In this document: positions 24,940-32,923 of the stretch, piece after piece
Layout of the letters: the number at the start of each line of letters is the position of its first letter
Numbering within the stretch: the first letter of the stretch is position 1
Assembly: GCA_963842825.1 (NCBI GenBank)
Contig: CAWJHX010000009.1
Coordinates: 532,520 to 572,519 of the forward strand
DNA length: 40,000 nucleotides
Reading direction: 5' to 3'
Origin: Terriglobia bacterium
GTDB taxonomy: Bacteria > Acidobacteriota > Terriglobia > Bryobacterales > Bryobacteraceae
Translations under genes and position numbers: made by a program
Notes under the pieces: generated by a model
The model's database searches: none
Seen by the model: only the letters and a program-made list of their open reading frames with translations
Told to the model about the DNA's origin: nothing

Positions 24940-26187
24940 ATGGAGATGAAGACGTACCGGTCGCGCACGATCTGGGTTGCGGCGATCACACTCTGCCTTC
25001 TGGCCGTTTCGCTGGCGCCCGCGGCGCTTGCGCAGCCCGTGCCGGTCTATAAAGTGGACCCCTTCTGGCCGAAGATGCCGCTAAAGAACAAATGGATCAT
25101 TCAGGGCGTGCCCACGATGGTCACCGACAAGGACGACCACATCTGGGTGATGAACCGCCCCCGCGACATCAATCCGGACGAAAACGGCGCGTCGACCAAT
25201 CCCCCGCGCACCGATTGCTGCATCGCGGCGCCCGCCGTCCTGGAGTTCGATACCGCGGGCAATCTGCTGAACGCCTGGGGCGGTCCCGGCTATGTGGAGG
25301 GCTGGCCGGCGAAAGGCATCCCCCGTCCGGGCGCGGCTTCGGAACACAACATTATTGTGGATCGCGAAGGCAACGTGTGGATGTCCGGCAGCAGCCAGGG
25401 CGATAGCATCCAGAAGTTCACCGCCGACGGGAAGCTCCTGTGGGATTTCGGGCATCGCGCGCCGCGGCCACCCGCCGCACGGCTCCCTGAAAATAATCAG
25501 AACACCGACGTGTTCCCCGGCGGCATTTTCTTTTTCGATCTGGATGAGAACGCCCAGGAGATTTACATCGTCGACGCCAAGCGCGTGCTGGTTTACGGCT
25601 ACGACGGCAAGTTCAAGCGCGGCTGGGGCGGGCACGGCATTCCTCTGAGCGAGATCGACAACAACCCGACGCCTCCCTACGATACGTCGGGGCCGCCGCC
25701 CGACCAGAAGCAGTTCGCCCCGGCGCTGCACTGCGTGCACTTTTCAGTCGACAACCTGGTTTATATATGCGAGCGCGGCAGCGACCGCGTGCAGGTGTTC
25801 ACCAAGGACGGCAAATTCGTTTCGAGCTTCTTCGTGCATCCCTCGACGATCGCCCGCGGCAAGGAATGCGGCGGACCGGGCAGCCTGTTGTATGGGATGT
25901 GCGGAACGATCTACAACCTGACGTTCTCCCACGACAAGGACGAAAAGTACGTGTTCATCGCCGACGGGACCAACGATAAGGTCTGGATTCACGACCGGAA
26001 GACAGGGGAAAAGGTCGGCGAAATCGGCGACAACGGCCGCATGGCCGGCATGTTCCACTGGATCGACGCGATCGCCATCGATTCCAAGGGCAACATGTAT
26101 ACCGGCGAGGTCGACACCGGCAAGCGCGTGCAGAAGTTCATTCTCATGAACGGAGACAAGGCCTCGCGTCCACGCCCGCACGAATAG
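24940..26187 (+). CDS. Secreted NHL-repeat six-bladed beta-propeller, peptidylamidoglycolate lyase (PAL)-like
   Basis: Signal peptide: MKTYRSRTIWVAAITLCLLAVSLAPAALA. Blade motifs resemble the PAL domain of PAM: EHNIIVDREGNVWMSG...IQKFTADGKLL, VDNLVYICERGSDRVQVFTKDGKFV (compare PAL CVADRENGRIQCF) and IAIDSKGNMYTGEVDTGKRVQKFIL (compare PAL VASEDGTVYIGDAHTNTVWKFTL). AAGGAG RBS upstream. Confidence 0.6.
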   Translation: MEMKTYRSRTIWVAAITLCLLAVSLAPAALAQPVPVYKVDPFWPKMPLKNKWIIQGVPTMVTDKDDHIWVMNRPRDINPDENGASTNPPRTDCCIAAPAVLEFDTAGNLLNAWGGPGYVEGWPAKGIPRPGAASEHNIIVDREGNVWMSGSSQGDSIQKFTADGKLLWDFGHRAPRPPAARLPENNQNTDVFPGGIFFFDLDENAQEIYIVDAKRVLVYGYDGKFKRGWGGHGIPLSEIDNNPTPPYDTSGPPPDQKQFAPALHCVHFSVDNLVYICERGSDRVQVFTKDGKFVSSFFVHPSTIARGKECGGPGSLLYGMCGTIYNLTFSHDKDEKYVFIADGTNDKVWIHDRKTGEKVGEIGDNGRMAGMFHWIDAIAIDSKGNMYTGEVDTGKRVQKFILMNGDKASRPRPHE

Positions 26188-26308
26188 AGCGGTGCGGAAC
26201 TTCAAGCCCGCGCGCGACCTTCCGGGCAGGTAACGGCGACTTCGACCACAGCAACGAATGCGGTCGTCGCATTTGCGGGCGAGCCGCTCGCGCCCGGCAC
26301 CGTGCGGT

Positions 26309-26992
26309 TTATAAAGGTCCGAGAGGCACGTCCGAACGCAGCGTGAATGTGACGGTCGATTCCGCTGGAAGGCTCACGTCGCGCTTTCCGGTGAAGGCTG
26401 CGCCAACGGTCCCCGCCGCAGCCCCGGCTCCCGCGCCGATCAGCGCTCCAGCTCCGCCGCCGGCGATCGCACCGAGGGCGGCGCCACCGCCGGATCCGCC
26501 GCCGATGAAGAGCCAGTTGCGTTTCTTGTGGGCCGCGCTGACGCGCGCCGGCGTGTTCGTGCTTACCGAATAGGCGGCGCCGTTCAGATGAAAGGAGTCG
26601 AGGCTCAGGGCCAGGTCGGCGCGGCCCTTGAAGCGTCCGGATTCGATGGATGTCACGACGTGCCCTTCAAACGGCGTGCCCGCCGGCACTGCGACGCGGT
26701 CTCCCGCGACCAGAGCTTCCGCGAGAGTGGCCGAAAACGGATCGCCCGCGCGATTCCGCTTCGTGTCGATGGTTTGGTCCAATCGAACATGCACATGCGT
26801 ACCAGCCGTCAGCACTACAGGTGGCGCGGCAGGCACGACAGCGGGGGCGGGGCTCTGAGAATTTTGAGCGGCAGGGGAACTACCTGCTGCTTGGACTGGC
26901 GCGACGTTTCCCCGGCCGCATCCGGCCGCGCTGAGCGCCGCCGCGACACCGACAGCCGCAAGAAAACCGCGTAAGAAAAAGGATTGTTTCAT
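26309..26992 (-). CDS. Probable lipoprotein with C-terminal glycine-zipper region
   Basis: Signal plus a lipobox-like sequence ALSAAGC. C-terminal GGGSGGGAALGAIAGGGAGALIGAGAGAAAGTVGAAF. Confidence 0.65.
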   Translation of the reverse strand: MKQSFFLRGFLAAVGVAAALSAAGCGRGNVAPVQAAGSSPAAQNSQSPAPAVVPAAPPVVLTAGTHVHVRLDQTIDTKRNRAGDPFSATLAEALVAGDRVAVPAGTPFEGHVVTSIESGRFKGRADLALSLDSFHLNGAAYSVSTNTPARVSAAHKKRNWLFIGGGSGGGAALGAIAGGGAGALIGAGAGAAAGTVGAAFTGKRDVSLPAESTVTFTLRSDVPLGPL

Positions 26993-27197
26993 GTTTCTCC
27001 TTTATCTGGTCGATTCACTTGCAGTAGGCGGACCAAATCAGCAATGCCCGTATAATCAGCAAGTTGCGATTTTTCATTTGAGCTAGCTACGCGAACTTAC
27101 GTTCGGGATTCAGTAAGAATTACGCGGCTCTACTGGAGATCGTGCCAGCTTCCGCACGGGTTATCGGTGAGACAAAGGAAGCATCGATTCGGCAAAG

Positions 27198-27246
27198 AAA
27201 AAGGAGGGATCTCCGGATGCCAGACGACATCGCGAAAATCCCTCCC
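27198..27246 (-). terminator. Possible rho-independent terminator downstream of the 27286..27711 gene
   Basis: On the minus strand, GGAGGGAT...(loop)...ATCCCTCC is followed by TTTTT. The 8-bp stem arms are at 27238-27245 and 27203-27210. The loop is long, so this is only a moderate candidate. Confidence 0.35.
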
Positions 27247-27285
27247 TTAGAACCTTAAACCGCACTCGCTGCGGCTGATGAAGAA

Positions 27286-27711
27286 TTAATCTTCAAATAG
27301 CGGTAGCGACTCGCCGTGGGGATCCACCAGCTTGCGAATCCAGAGCGTGTTTCCGCCACTCTGCACGCGGAATCCGGTCACTTCAATCACGTCGCCCGGC
27401 TGCAGGGTTTTCTTGGTCCACCCGGCGCGAGCCAGCTTATTCGGGGCCGTCAGCTCGCCCTGCCATTTCTCCATCTCGCCCTTGTCGTTCTTCACGTCAA
27501 AGTAGATTTGCACGTGCGGGTTCAAGAAAACGAATTCCGTGACCGTGCCTTTTACCGTCACGGCTTTCGAGGTATCGAATGCAGCCGTTCCATGATGCGC
27601 GAACATCGGGACGGCGATCATAAGTGCAACCACTGCGGTGGCGAAAACCATAAAAAATCTTTGAGTCGCCTGTTTCACAAAGAAACCTCCAATCGTTCCG
27701 TATTTTCGCAT
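27286..27711 (-). CDS. DUF6152-like small secreted protein
   Basis: Signal/TM MVFATAVVALMIAVPMFA followed by HHGTAAFDTSKAVTVKGTVTEFVFLNPHVQIYFDV...WQGEL...LARAGWTKKTLQPGDVIEVTG, the typical pattern of this family. The start could alternatively be the ATG at 27651. Confidence 0.6.
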   Translation of the reverse strand: MRKYGTIGGFFVKQATQRFFMVFATAVVALMIAVPMFAHHGTAAFDTSKAVTVKGTVTEFVFLNPHVQIYFDVKNDKGEMEKWQGELTAPNKLARAGWTKKTLQPGDVIEVTGFRVQSGGNTLWIRKLVDPHGESLPLFED

Positions 27712-27777
27712 CGCCTACGGCAGGTGTCAACCGGATCTTATTGGCCGTATTCCGGGCGGATTGTCTAAAAACCGGAT

Positions 27778-28947
27778 CTACTTCGCCCCGGCTCTCTTGG
27801 TCTGGGGAGGCGCGGGTTTCACGAACTTCGCGGCATCGACGTTCGCGTTCGGCTGAACCTCGCTCAGTTCGATGATCACTCGGCCGTCGACCCAACTGAT
27901 GACACGCTTGAAGGGCATTTTGACGCCGGCCACGTCCCGGTAATCCGAGTAGTCCACCTGGGTGGGGGTCAATCCAACGGGCGAATCCGCGAAGCGCAGC
28001 GAACGCATTAGCAGGTTGGTTTTCTCATCGAAGTACAAATCGATCGGATATTTTCCGTTCATGGTGCCCTGGATAAGCACGACATCCTTATCGTCGATGG
28101 TCGTCGGAAGCAGCGAGCGCCACTGCGTGAGTGCCTGCTTGATGCGCGCGGGGAAGAAAAGTTCGCCGTCGAGCTTGGCTCCGTCCAGATCGCCGCCCGT
28201 CATCTCGAACACCTGTACGGGCCGGTCCGTAGTCGGTCCGGCGATCCAGCCCATGGTTCCATCGAAAGTCGTGATGGTGTCGCCGCTGCCCCCATGGGAA
28301 ATGGTCATGTGCTGGTTGGGAGCCTTGGCGTACATTTCCATGGGCACTCTTTCATCCGCGAAGCCCTGGTAAATTCCTTTGGCCGTGAAGCTCGTCAGCG
28401 CGGCGATTTTCTGCATCCCGCCGATGGCTTGCAAGTAACGATCGAGAACCTGTTCGGGCGCAGCGGTCTTCGGAGCCGCCGCGACCATGGTGTCGGGCGT
28501 GTCGTCGGGCGGCACCGGGCCGTAGAGATCCACCAGGCTCGGCGTGACCTTGGGCTTCTGGCCGCCGCGATGGCACGAATAACAGGTAAGCTCGCGGCGT
28601 CCGTTGAAGTAATTCTTGTTGATGGTATTGACCATCGCGATCATGCGCCGCGCGGTGTTTTTGTGCTCGTTGTCCTCGGCGAACTTCGACCAATCCCCGG
28701 CGCTTTCGAGGACGTGACAATACAAACAGTTCTCGGCGAGCGACGACGAGAAAAATCCCATGGTCGCCATGAATTCGTCGACTGGGATACCCTTCAATAC
28801 TTTAACGTTCTTGAACGCCTGATCGGAGAGAAGCGGCTTCGCGGGCGCCGGCGTTTGGGCGCTGGCCACGCTGGATGCCGACATAAACAGCACCATCGCG
28901 GCAATGAGGAAAAGAATAAATTGCCCCGAATATAGGCTTTGCCACAA
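27778..28947 (-). CDS. c-type cytochrome (photosynthetic-reaction-centre cytochrome c subunit-like N-terminal domain) with C-terminal beta-rich domain
   Basis: Two heme c motifs, CLYCH and CYSCH, in FKNVKVLKGIPVDEFMATMGFFSSSLAENCLYCH...TARRMIAMVNTINKNYFNGRRELTCYSCHRG. Signal-like N-terminus. TTG start at 28947. Confidence 0.75.
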   Translation of the reverse strand: MWQSLYSGQFILFLIAAMVLFMSASSVASAQTPAPAKPLLSDQAFKNVKVLKGIPVDEFMATMGFFSSSLAENCLYCHVLESAGDWSKFAEDNEHKNTARRMIAMVNTINKNYFNGRRELTCYSCHRGGQKPKVTPSLVDLYGPVPPDDTPDTMVAAAPKTAAPEQVLDRYLQAIGGMQKIAALTSFTAKGIYQGFADERVPMEMYAKAPNQHMTISHGGSGDTITTFDGTMGWIAGPTTDRPVQVFEMTGGDLDGAKLDGELFFPARIKQALTQWRSLLPTTIDDKDVVLIQGTMNGKYPIDLYFDEKTNLLMRSLRFADSPVGLTPTQVDYSDYRDVAGVKMPFKRVISWVDGRVIIELSEVQPNANVDAAKFVKPAPPQTKRAGAK

Positions 28948-28964
28948 GCTTCGATAACAGCTTC

Positions 28965-29243
28965 ATGATGCCTTCTTTCTTTGAATGGAGGGGAACGACG
29001 ACAACCCCTGTTTTGATTTATGATGACGCGGGATTTGCAAAAACTCCCGATTGCTCATCAGTATACAACCGAACCGTGCGCGATGGCTTCGGAAACTATC
29101 CCTCGGGTGGAACGATCGCCACGAGCTACGATTTGGCGAGCCGTCCATCGAGCCTATCTGGAAGCCTCAGCGGCAATGGCACCAGCTATGCGAACGCGTT
29201 CACATACGCCCCGCACGGTGGAGTGACTTCGCTGATCCTCTAA
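28965..29243 (+). pseudogene. Possible Rhs/YD-repeat protein fragment
   Basis: The 92-aa ORF contains YD-repeat-like text (TSYDLASRPSSLSGSLSGNGTSYANAFTYAPHGGVTSL). It is isolated, with no full-length Rhs context, and adjoins RAYT/REP debris. Confidence 0.3.
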
Positions 29244-29310
29244 AAGGGACAAAGCGTTCTGCCTCTTTTTCCGCCTCCTGAAAAGGGGTAAGATCAGGCT
29301 GACCCGTTTT

Positions 29311-29401
29311 TGACAATGCAGGTGCTGCTGGCGGACTCGGCGCGTGCGTGAGAAGTGAGTGACAAGACAGACTACATGCGTCTTGAAATATGGGGAACGA
29401 G
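29311..29401 (+). pseudogene. Remnant of a RAYT gene 3' end plus its downstream region (third, degraded unit of the RAYT array)
   Basis: GACAATGCAGGTGCTGCTGGCGGACTCGGCGCGTGCGTGAGAAGTGAGTGACAAGACAGACTACATGCGTCTTGAAATATGGGGAACG aligns, with a few substitutions, to 30947..31034 at the end of the intact copy. Confidence 0.6.
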
Positions 29402-29424
29402 ACGCTTCCTTTTCTAAAAAACCA

Positions 29425-29586
29425 CTGTCATCCCGAGCGATAGTCGAGGGACCTGCTGTTAGCGCGACCGGCATCACGGCGTAGCGGGGGAACTGCACTC
29501 ATCGCGGCGGGAAGTCAACACGCGAGGATTGCGCCTTGGGAGCGGAAACGAAAAGCAGGTCCCTCGACTATCGCTCGGGATGACAG
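29425..29586. repeat. Perfect 33-bp inverted repeat separated by 96 bp (MITE/REP-like palindromic element)
   Basis: CTGTCATCCCGAGCGATAGTCGAGGGACCTGCT lies at 29425-29457. Its exact reverse complement lies at 29554-29586. Confidence 0.8.
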
Positions 29587-29661
29587 GCAGAGAGGTGCAA
29601 GGGTCCAGCAGGTATTACACCAGCAGGTATTACGCTTGAGGGAAAAACCGGGAAAAAAACC

Positions 29662-29683
29662 GGGGACGGAGGAGACGTTCCCC
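29662..29683 (+). repeat. REP core copy 1 (GGGGACGGAGGAGACGTTCCCC)
   Basis: The same 22-mer occurs at 30208-30229 (+), 31623-31644 (+) and inverted at 31027-31048. Conserved flanks are AAAAACC...AGGTTTTGAG. Confidence 0.8.
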
Positions 29684-29735
29684 AGGTTTTGAGAGAACCT
29701 TTTCCATCCTTCGGCACTAGATGGAGGTGGCTCGA

Positions 29736-30266
29736 ATGGCACGTGTGATCGCGGTCGGGTTACCGCATCACATCACACAGCGCGGCAACGGTCGGCGCGA
29801 CGTCTTCCTCACCGACGCGCTCAGGCAGACTTATCTCAGTCTGCTGCGCGAGCAGGCCGAGCATTATCACTTGCGCATTCTTGCGTACTGCCTCATGACG
29901 AATCACGTCCATGTCGTAGCGCTGCCGCTCACGGACAACGCGATGGCGGGTACCCTTCGGCACGCGCACGGGCGGTTTGCTCAATACTGGAACACGGAGC
30001 GCGGAATGGTCGGCCACATGTGGCAAAATCGCTACTATTCGTGCGCGCTGCAGCCATCGAGAGCATGGTCCGTGATCCGGTACGTGGAACTGAATCCTGT
30101 GCGAGCGGGGATGGTCCAGTGCGCCGAGGAGTATGCTTGGTCGAGCGCCGCTTCGCATGTAGGCGGTCTCGATGCCAGTGGCCTGCTGGACATGGATTGG
30201 AAAAACCGGGGACGGAGGAGACGTTCCCCAGGTTTTGAGAGAACTTCCTCCATCCTTCGGCACTAG
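29736..30266 (+). pseudogene. RAYT / IS200-like Y1 (HUH) transposase, 3'-truncated tandem copy
   Basis: Matches copy 2 over 465 nt with 7 substitutions (6 synonymous, 1 Q/R). It retains the HUH motif (TNHVHVV) and the catalytic Tyr region (WQNRYYS). It diverges after ...LLDMDW, where a REP plus leader sequence replaces the 3' end. Confidence 0.7.
30208..30229 (+). repeat. REP core copy 2
   Basis: Exact 22-mer GGGGACGGAGGAGACGTTCCCC at the junction between the two RAYT copies. Confidence 0.8.
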
Positions 30267-30281
30267 ATCGAGGTGGCTCGA

Positions 30282-30986
30282 ATGGCACGTGTGATCGCGG
30301 TCGGGTTGCCGCATCACATCACGCAGCGCGGCAACGGTCGGCGCGACGTCTTCCTCACCGATGCGCTCAGGCAGACCTATCTCAGTCTGCTGCGCGAGCA
30401 GGCCGAGCATTATCACTTGCGCATTCTTGCGTACTGCCTCATGACGAATCACGTCCATGTCGTAGCGCTGCCGCTCACGGACAACGCGATGGCGGGTACC
30501 CTTCGGCACGCGCACGGGCGATTTGCTCAATACTGGAACACGGAGCGCGGAATGGTCGGCCACATGTGGCAAAATCGCTACTATTCGTGCGCGTTGCAGC
30601 CATCGAGAGCATGGTCCGTGATCCGGTACGTGGAACTGAATCCTGTGCGAGCGGGGATGGTCCGGTGCGCCGAGGAGTATGCTTGGTCGAGCGCCGCTTC
30701 GCATGTAGGCGGTCTCGATGCCAGTGGCCTGCTGGACATGGATTGGTGGCGCAGGCACTGGACCGAGGGATGCTGGGCCGACGCGCTAAAGTGGGCGGGA
30801 GTAGACCCCGGCGCGGATGCCATTCGCAAAGCCACCCACACGGGGTGTCCCTTCGGAGACCGGGAGTTCGTCGCGGGTCTCGAGCGGAGGCTCGGACGAA
30901 AGTTGGAGGCGCGGCGAGGTGGCCGCCCGAAGAAAGTCGCTCAGGATACAATGCAAGTGCCGCTGGCGGACTCGGCGCCTGCGTGA
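30282..30986 (+). CDS. REP-associated tyrosine transposase (RAYT), IS200/IS605-like Y1 HUH family, intact copy
   Basis: MARVIAVGLPHHITQRGNGRRDVFLTD...YHLRILAYCLMTNHVHVVALP...HMWQNRYYSCAL...YVELNPVRAGMV...YAWSSAASH is the typical RAYT/Y1_Tnp pattern. It is flanked by REP cores in inverted orientation (30208 + and 31027 -). Confidence 0.85.
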   Translation: MARVIAVGLPHHITQRGNGRRDVFLTDALRQTYLSLLREQAEHYHLRILAYCLMTNHVHVVALPLTDNAMAGTLRHAHGRFAQYWNTERGMVGHMWQNRYYSCALQPSRAWSVIRYVELNPVRAGMVRCAEEYAWSSAASHVGGLDASGLLDMDWWRRHWTEGCWADALKWAGVDPGADAIRKATHTGCPFGDREFVAGLERRLGRKLEARRGGRPKKVAQDTMQVPLADSAPA

Positions 30987-31026
30987 GAAGTGAGTGACAA
31001 GACAGACCACATGCGGCTCGAAATAT

Positions 31027-31048
31027 GGGGAACGTCTCCTCCGTCCCC
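31027..31048 (-). repeat. REP core copy 3 (inverted orientation)
   Basis: GGGGAACGTCTCCTCCGTCCCC is the exact reverse complement of the REP core. Confidence 0.8.
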
Positions 31049-31089
31049 GAGTTTTGCCCCGAGTTTTGCCGGGCCGAGTAGCCAGAGTG

Positions 31090-31533
31090 ATGGATATGCG
31101 AGCTAAGGTCCGGAATCAGTCGTTCGTTTACACCTTCATGGGATACGTAATGATCGTAGTATTGCTTGTTCTGTTGGTGGGCGGCTTAGTCGCTCTAAGA
31201 TTTTGGACTCTGGATCATAACGTCTCCGATGAGTCATTGGCAAAGTGGGGCAACTGGGTTGGCTTTCTTATCCTCACTTCGGCACTATTTGGATACGTAA
31301 TTAAGCGCTACCGGCGATCTTGGCGCAGCGCCGTATTTTGGGCGACTCTGGCCGGCTTCCTGGTTGTTCACGTTACCTCCTTCTGGATCATCGTTGGGTA
31401 CATTGACCGCTGGAAGATGGTTTGGTCTCTGATGATCTGGCCAATCGAGTTCGCTGTCATTGTCACGACTTTGAACTGGACGACAGATCGCCTCGGAAGG
31501 CGGCACCGCAAGAACCTGGGGCTCCATTCCTAG
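31090..31533 (+). CDS. Small integral membrane protein (about 4 TM segments)
   Basis: Start placed at the internal ATG at 31090 (MDMRAKVRNQSFVYTFMGYVMIVVLLVLLVGGLVAL...). The upstream part of track ORF 30994..31533 is REP-derived sequence. Confidence 0.5.
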   Translation: MDMRAKVRNQSFVYTFMGYVMIVVLLVLLVGGLVALRFWTLDHNVSDESLAKWGNWVGFLILTSALFGYVIKRYRRSWRSAVFWATLAGFLVVHVTSFWIIVGYIDRWKMVWSLMIWPIEFAVIVTTLNWTTDRLGRRHRKNLGLHS

Positions 31534-31622
31534 AAAATGGGAAACGCGGGACAGACGAAACATTTCCCGATTCCGTGAGAAAGCTGCGGGGGCAAAAACC
31601 GGAAAAACCGGGGAGAAAAACC

Positions 31623-31644
31623 GGGGACGGAGGAGACGTTCCCC
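31623..31644 (+). repeat. REP core copy 4
   Basis: Exact 22-mer, preceded by short AAAAACCGG(G) iterations as at copy 1. Confidence 0.8.
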
Positions 31645-31834
31645 AGGTTTTGAGGAAACCGGTCGACCTGAATCTTGTCCTGCGCACCATCGAAGCGGGC
31701 GTGGCCTACTGCAGAAGACCTTTGGCGGTCGACCCCGCGCTGGGCGACGTGGTTGGCCTGCCTGGAAACCGCTTTGTAAACACCGCACTTGACCGCAACC
31801 CCGGTTGGGCACATACTCGTTCTGAGGCTGAATT

Positions 31835-32908
31835 ATGCCGTCTGGCCGCGCGTCTGTTTCGTCCGGATCTGTGTCCGTCCTAACCGCGTTCCTCGCGGTT
31901 CTGCTCCCGGCCGGCGCCCAATCGGTGATCTCCATCCACGCGGGCGTTATCCACTTTTTCGAAGGCAACGTCTACCTGGGCGGTCAGGCGCTCGAAGCCC
32001 ATCTGGGGAAATACCCGGCGATCCCGCAAGGCGCGGAACTGCGCACCGCCGACGGCCGGGCGGAAGTGCTGCTTACGCCCGGCGTTTTCCTCCGCATGGG
32101 CGGGCAGACCACGATTCGCATGGTTGCCAACGATCTCGCGGACACGCAAGTAGAGTTGCGGACGGGGTCCGTGGTCGTGGATTCGGGAGAACCGAATCCG
32201 AATACGTCCGTCACGGTTATTTATAAGGATTGGAAAGTTCACTTCGTCCAGAAAGGCGTCTACCGCGTGGATGCGGATCCGCCGCGCTTGTCGGTTCAAC
32301 AGGGCCAGGCGGAAGTGTCATCCGCCGCCGGCGAGCCTGTGAGCGTGGAACAGGGGATGACGCTGCCGTTCGCGGGCGTGCTGGTAACCGAGCGGTCGAA
32401 CGACCTGGGCGGCAAGGACGCGCTCAACGATTGGTCCAACGGACGCAGCGACTCGATTTCCGCCGACAATGCGATCACCGCGCAGCTCGACCAGGACCCC
32501 GCTGCGACGGCGGCCGATCCGAGCGGCTTTACTTACTTCCCCATGCTCGGCGTGCCTTCCGTCGGCCTGAGTTCGCTCGGCGGTTCAGTGGTCCCCTATA
32601 GCTCTTATCCGGCTCAGCCGGGATTCAGCTCGATCTATCTCCCCGGTTATACCTACCGGCCCGTCATTCTGGGCCTCATGGGATTGGGAGCGATCAGAGG
32701 CCGGCCTGGGGTCTATCTGCCTTCCGGGCCGCACATCGGCGGGACGATTCCAGGAAGCGGCGTTTACATTCCAAGAGGCGGCGTTTACATTCCAGGTCGC
32801 GTTGTGCCGTTACCCCGTCCAGCGCCGGTGCGAGTGGGGGCGCCGGTGCGAGTGGGGGCGCCGGTCGGAGTGCGCGGTGGAATGCACGCCGGCGGCGGCC
32901 ATCGTTAG
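31835..32908 (+). CDS. Secreted FecR-domain-like protein with Gly/Pro-rich C-terminus
   Basis: Signal: SVSVLTAFLAVLLPAGAQS. The FecR-like stretch is GAELRTADGRAEVLLTPGVFLRMGGQTTIRMVANDLADTQVELRTGSVVVD. The C-terminal repeat is PVRVGAPVRVGAPVGVRGG. Confidence 0.5.
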   Translation: MPSGRASVSSGSVSVLTAFLAVLLPAGAQSVISIHAGVIHFFEGNVYLGGQALEAHLGKYPAIPQGAELRTADGRAEVLLTPGVFLRMGGQTTIRMVANDLADTQVELRTGSVVVDSGEPNPNTSVTVIYKDWKVHFVQKGVYRVDADPPRLSVQQGQAEVSSAAGEPVSVEQGMTLPFAGVLVTERSNDLGGKDALNDWSNGRSDSISADNAITAQLDQDPAATAADPSGFTYFPMLGVPSVGLSSLGGSVVPYSSYPAQPGFSSIYLPGYTYRPVILGLMGLGAIRGRPGVYLPSGPHIGGTIPGSGVYIPRGGVYIPGRVVPLPRPAPVRVGAPVRVGAPVGVRGGMHAGGGHR

Positions 32909-32923
32909 TTTCCCGGGCTAGAT

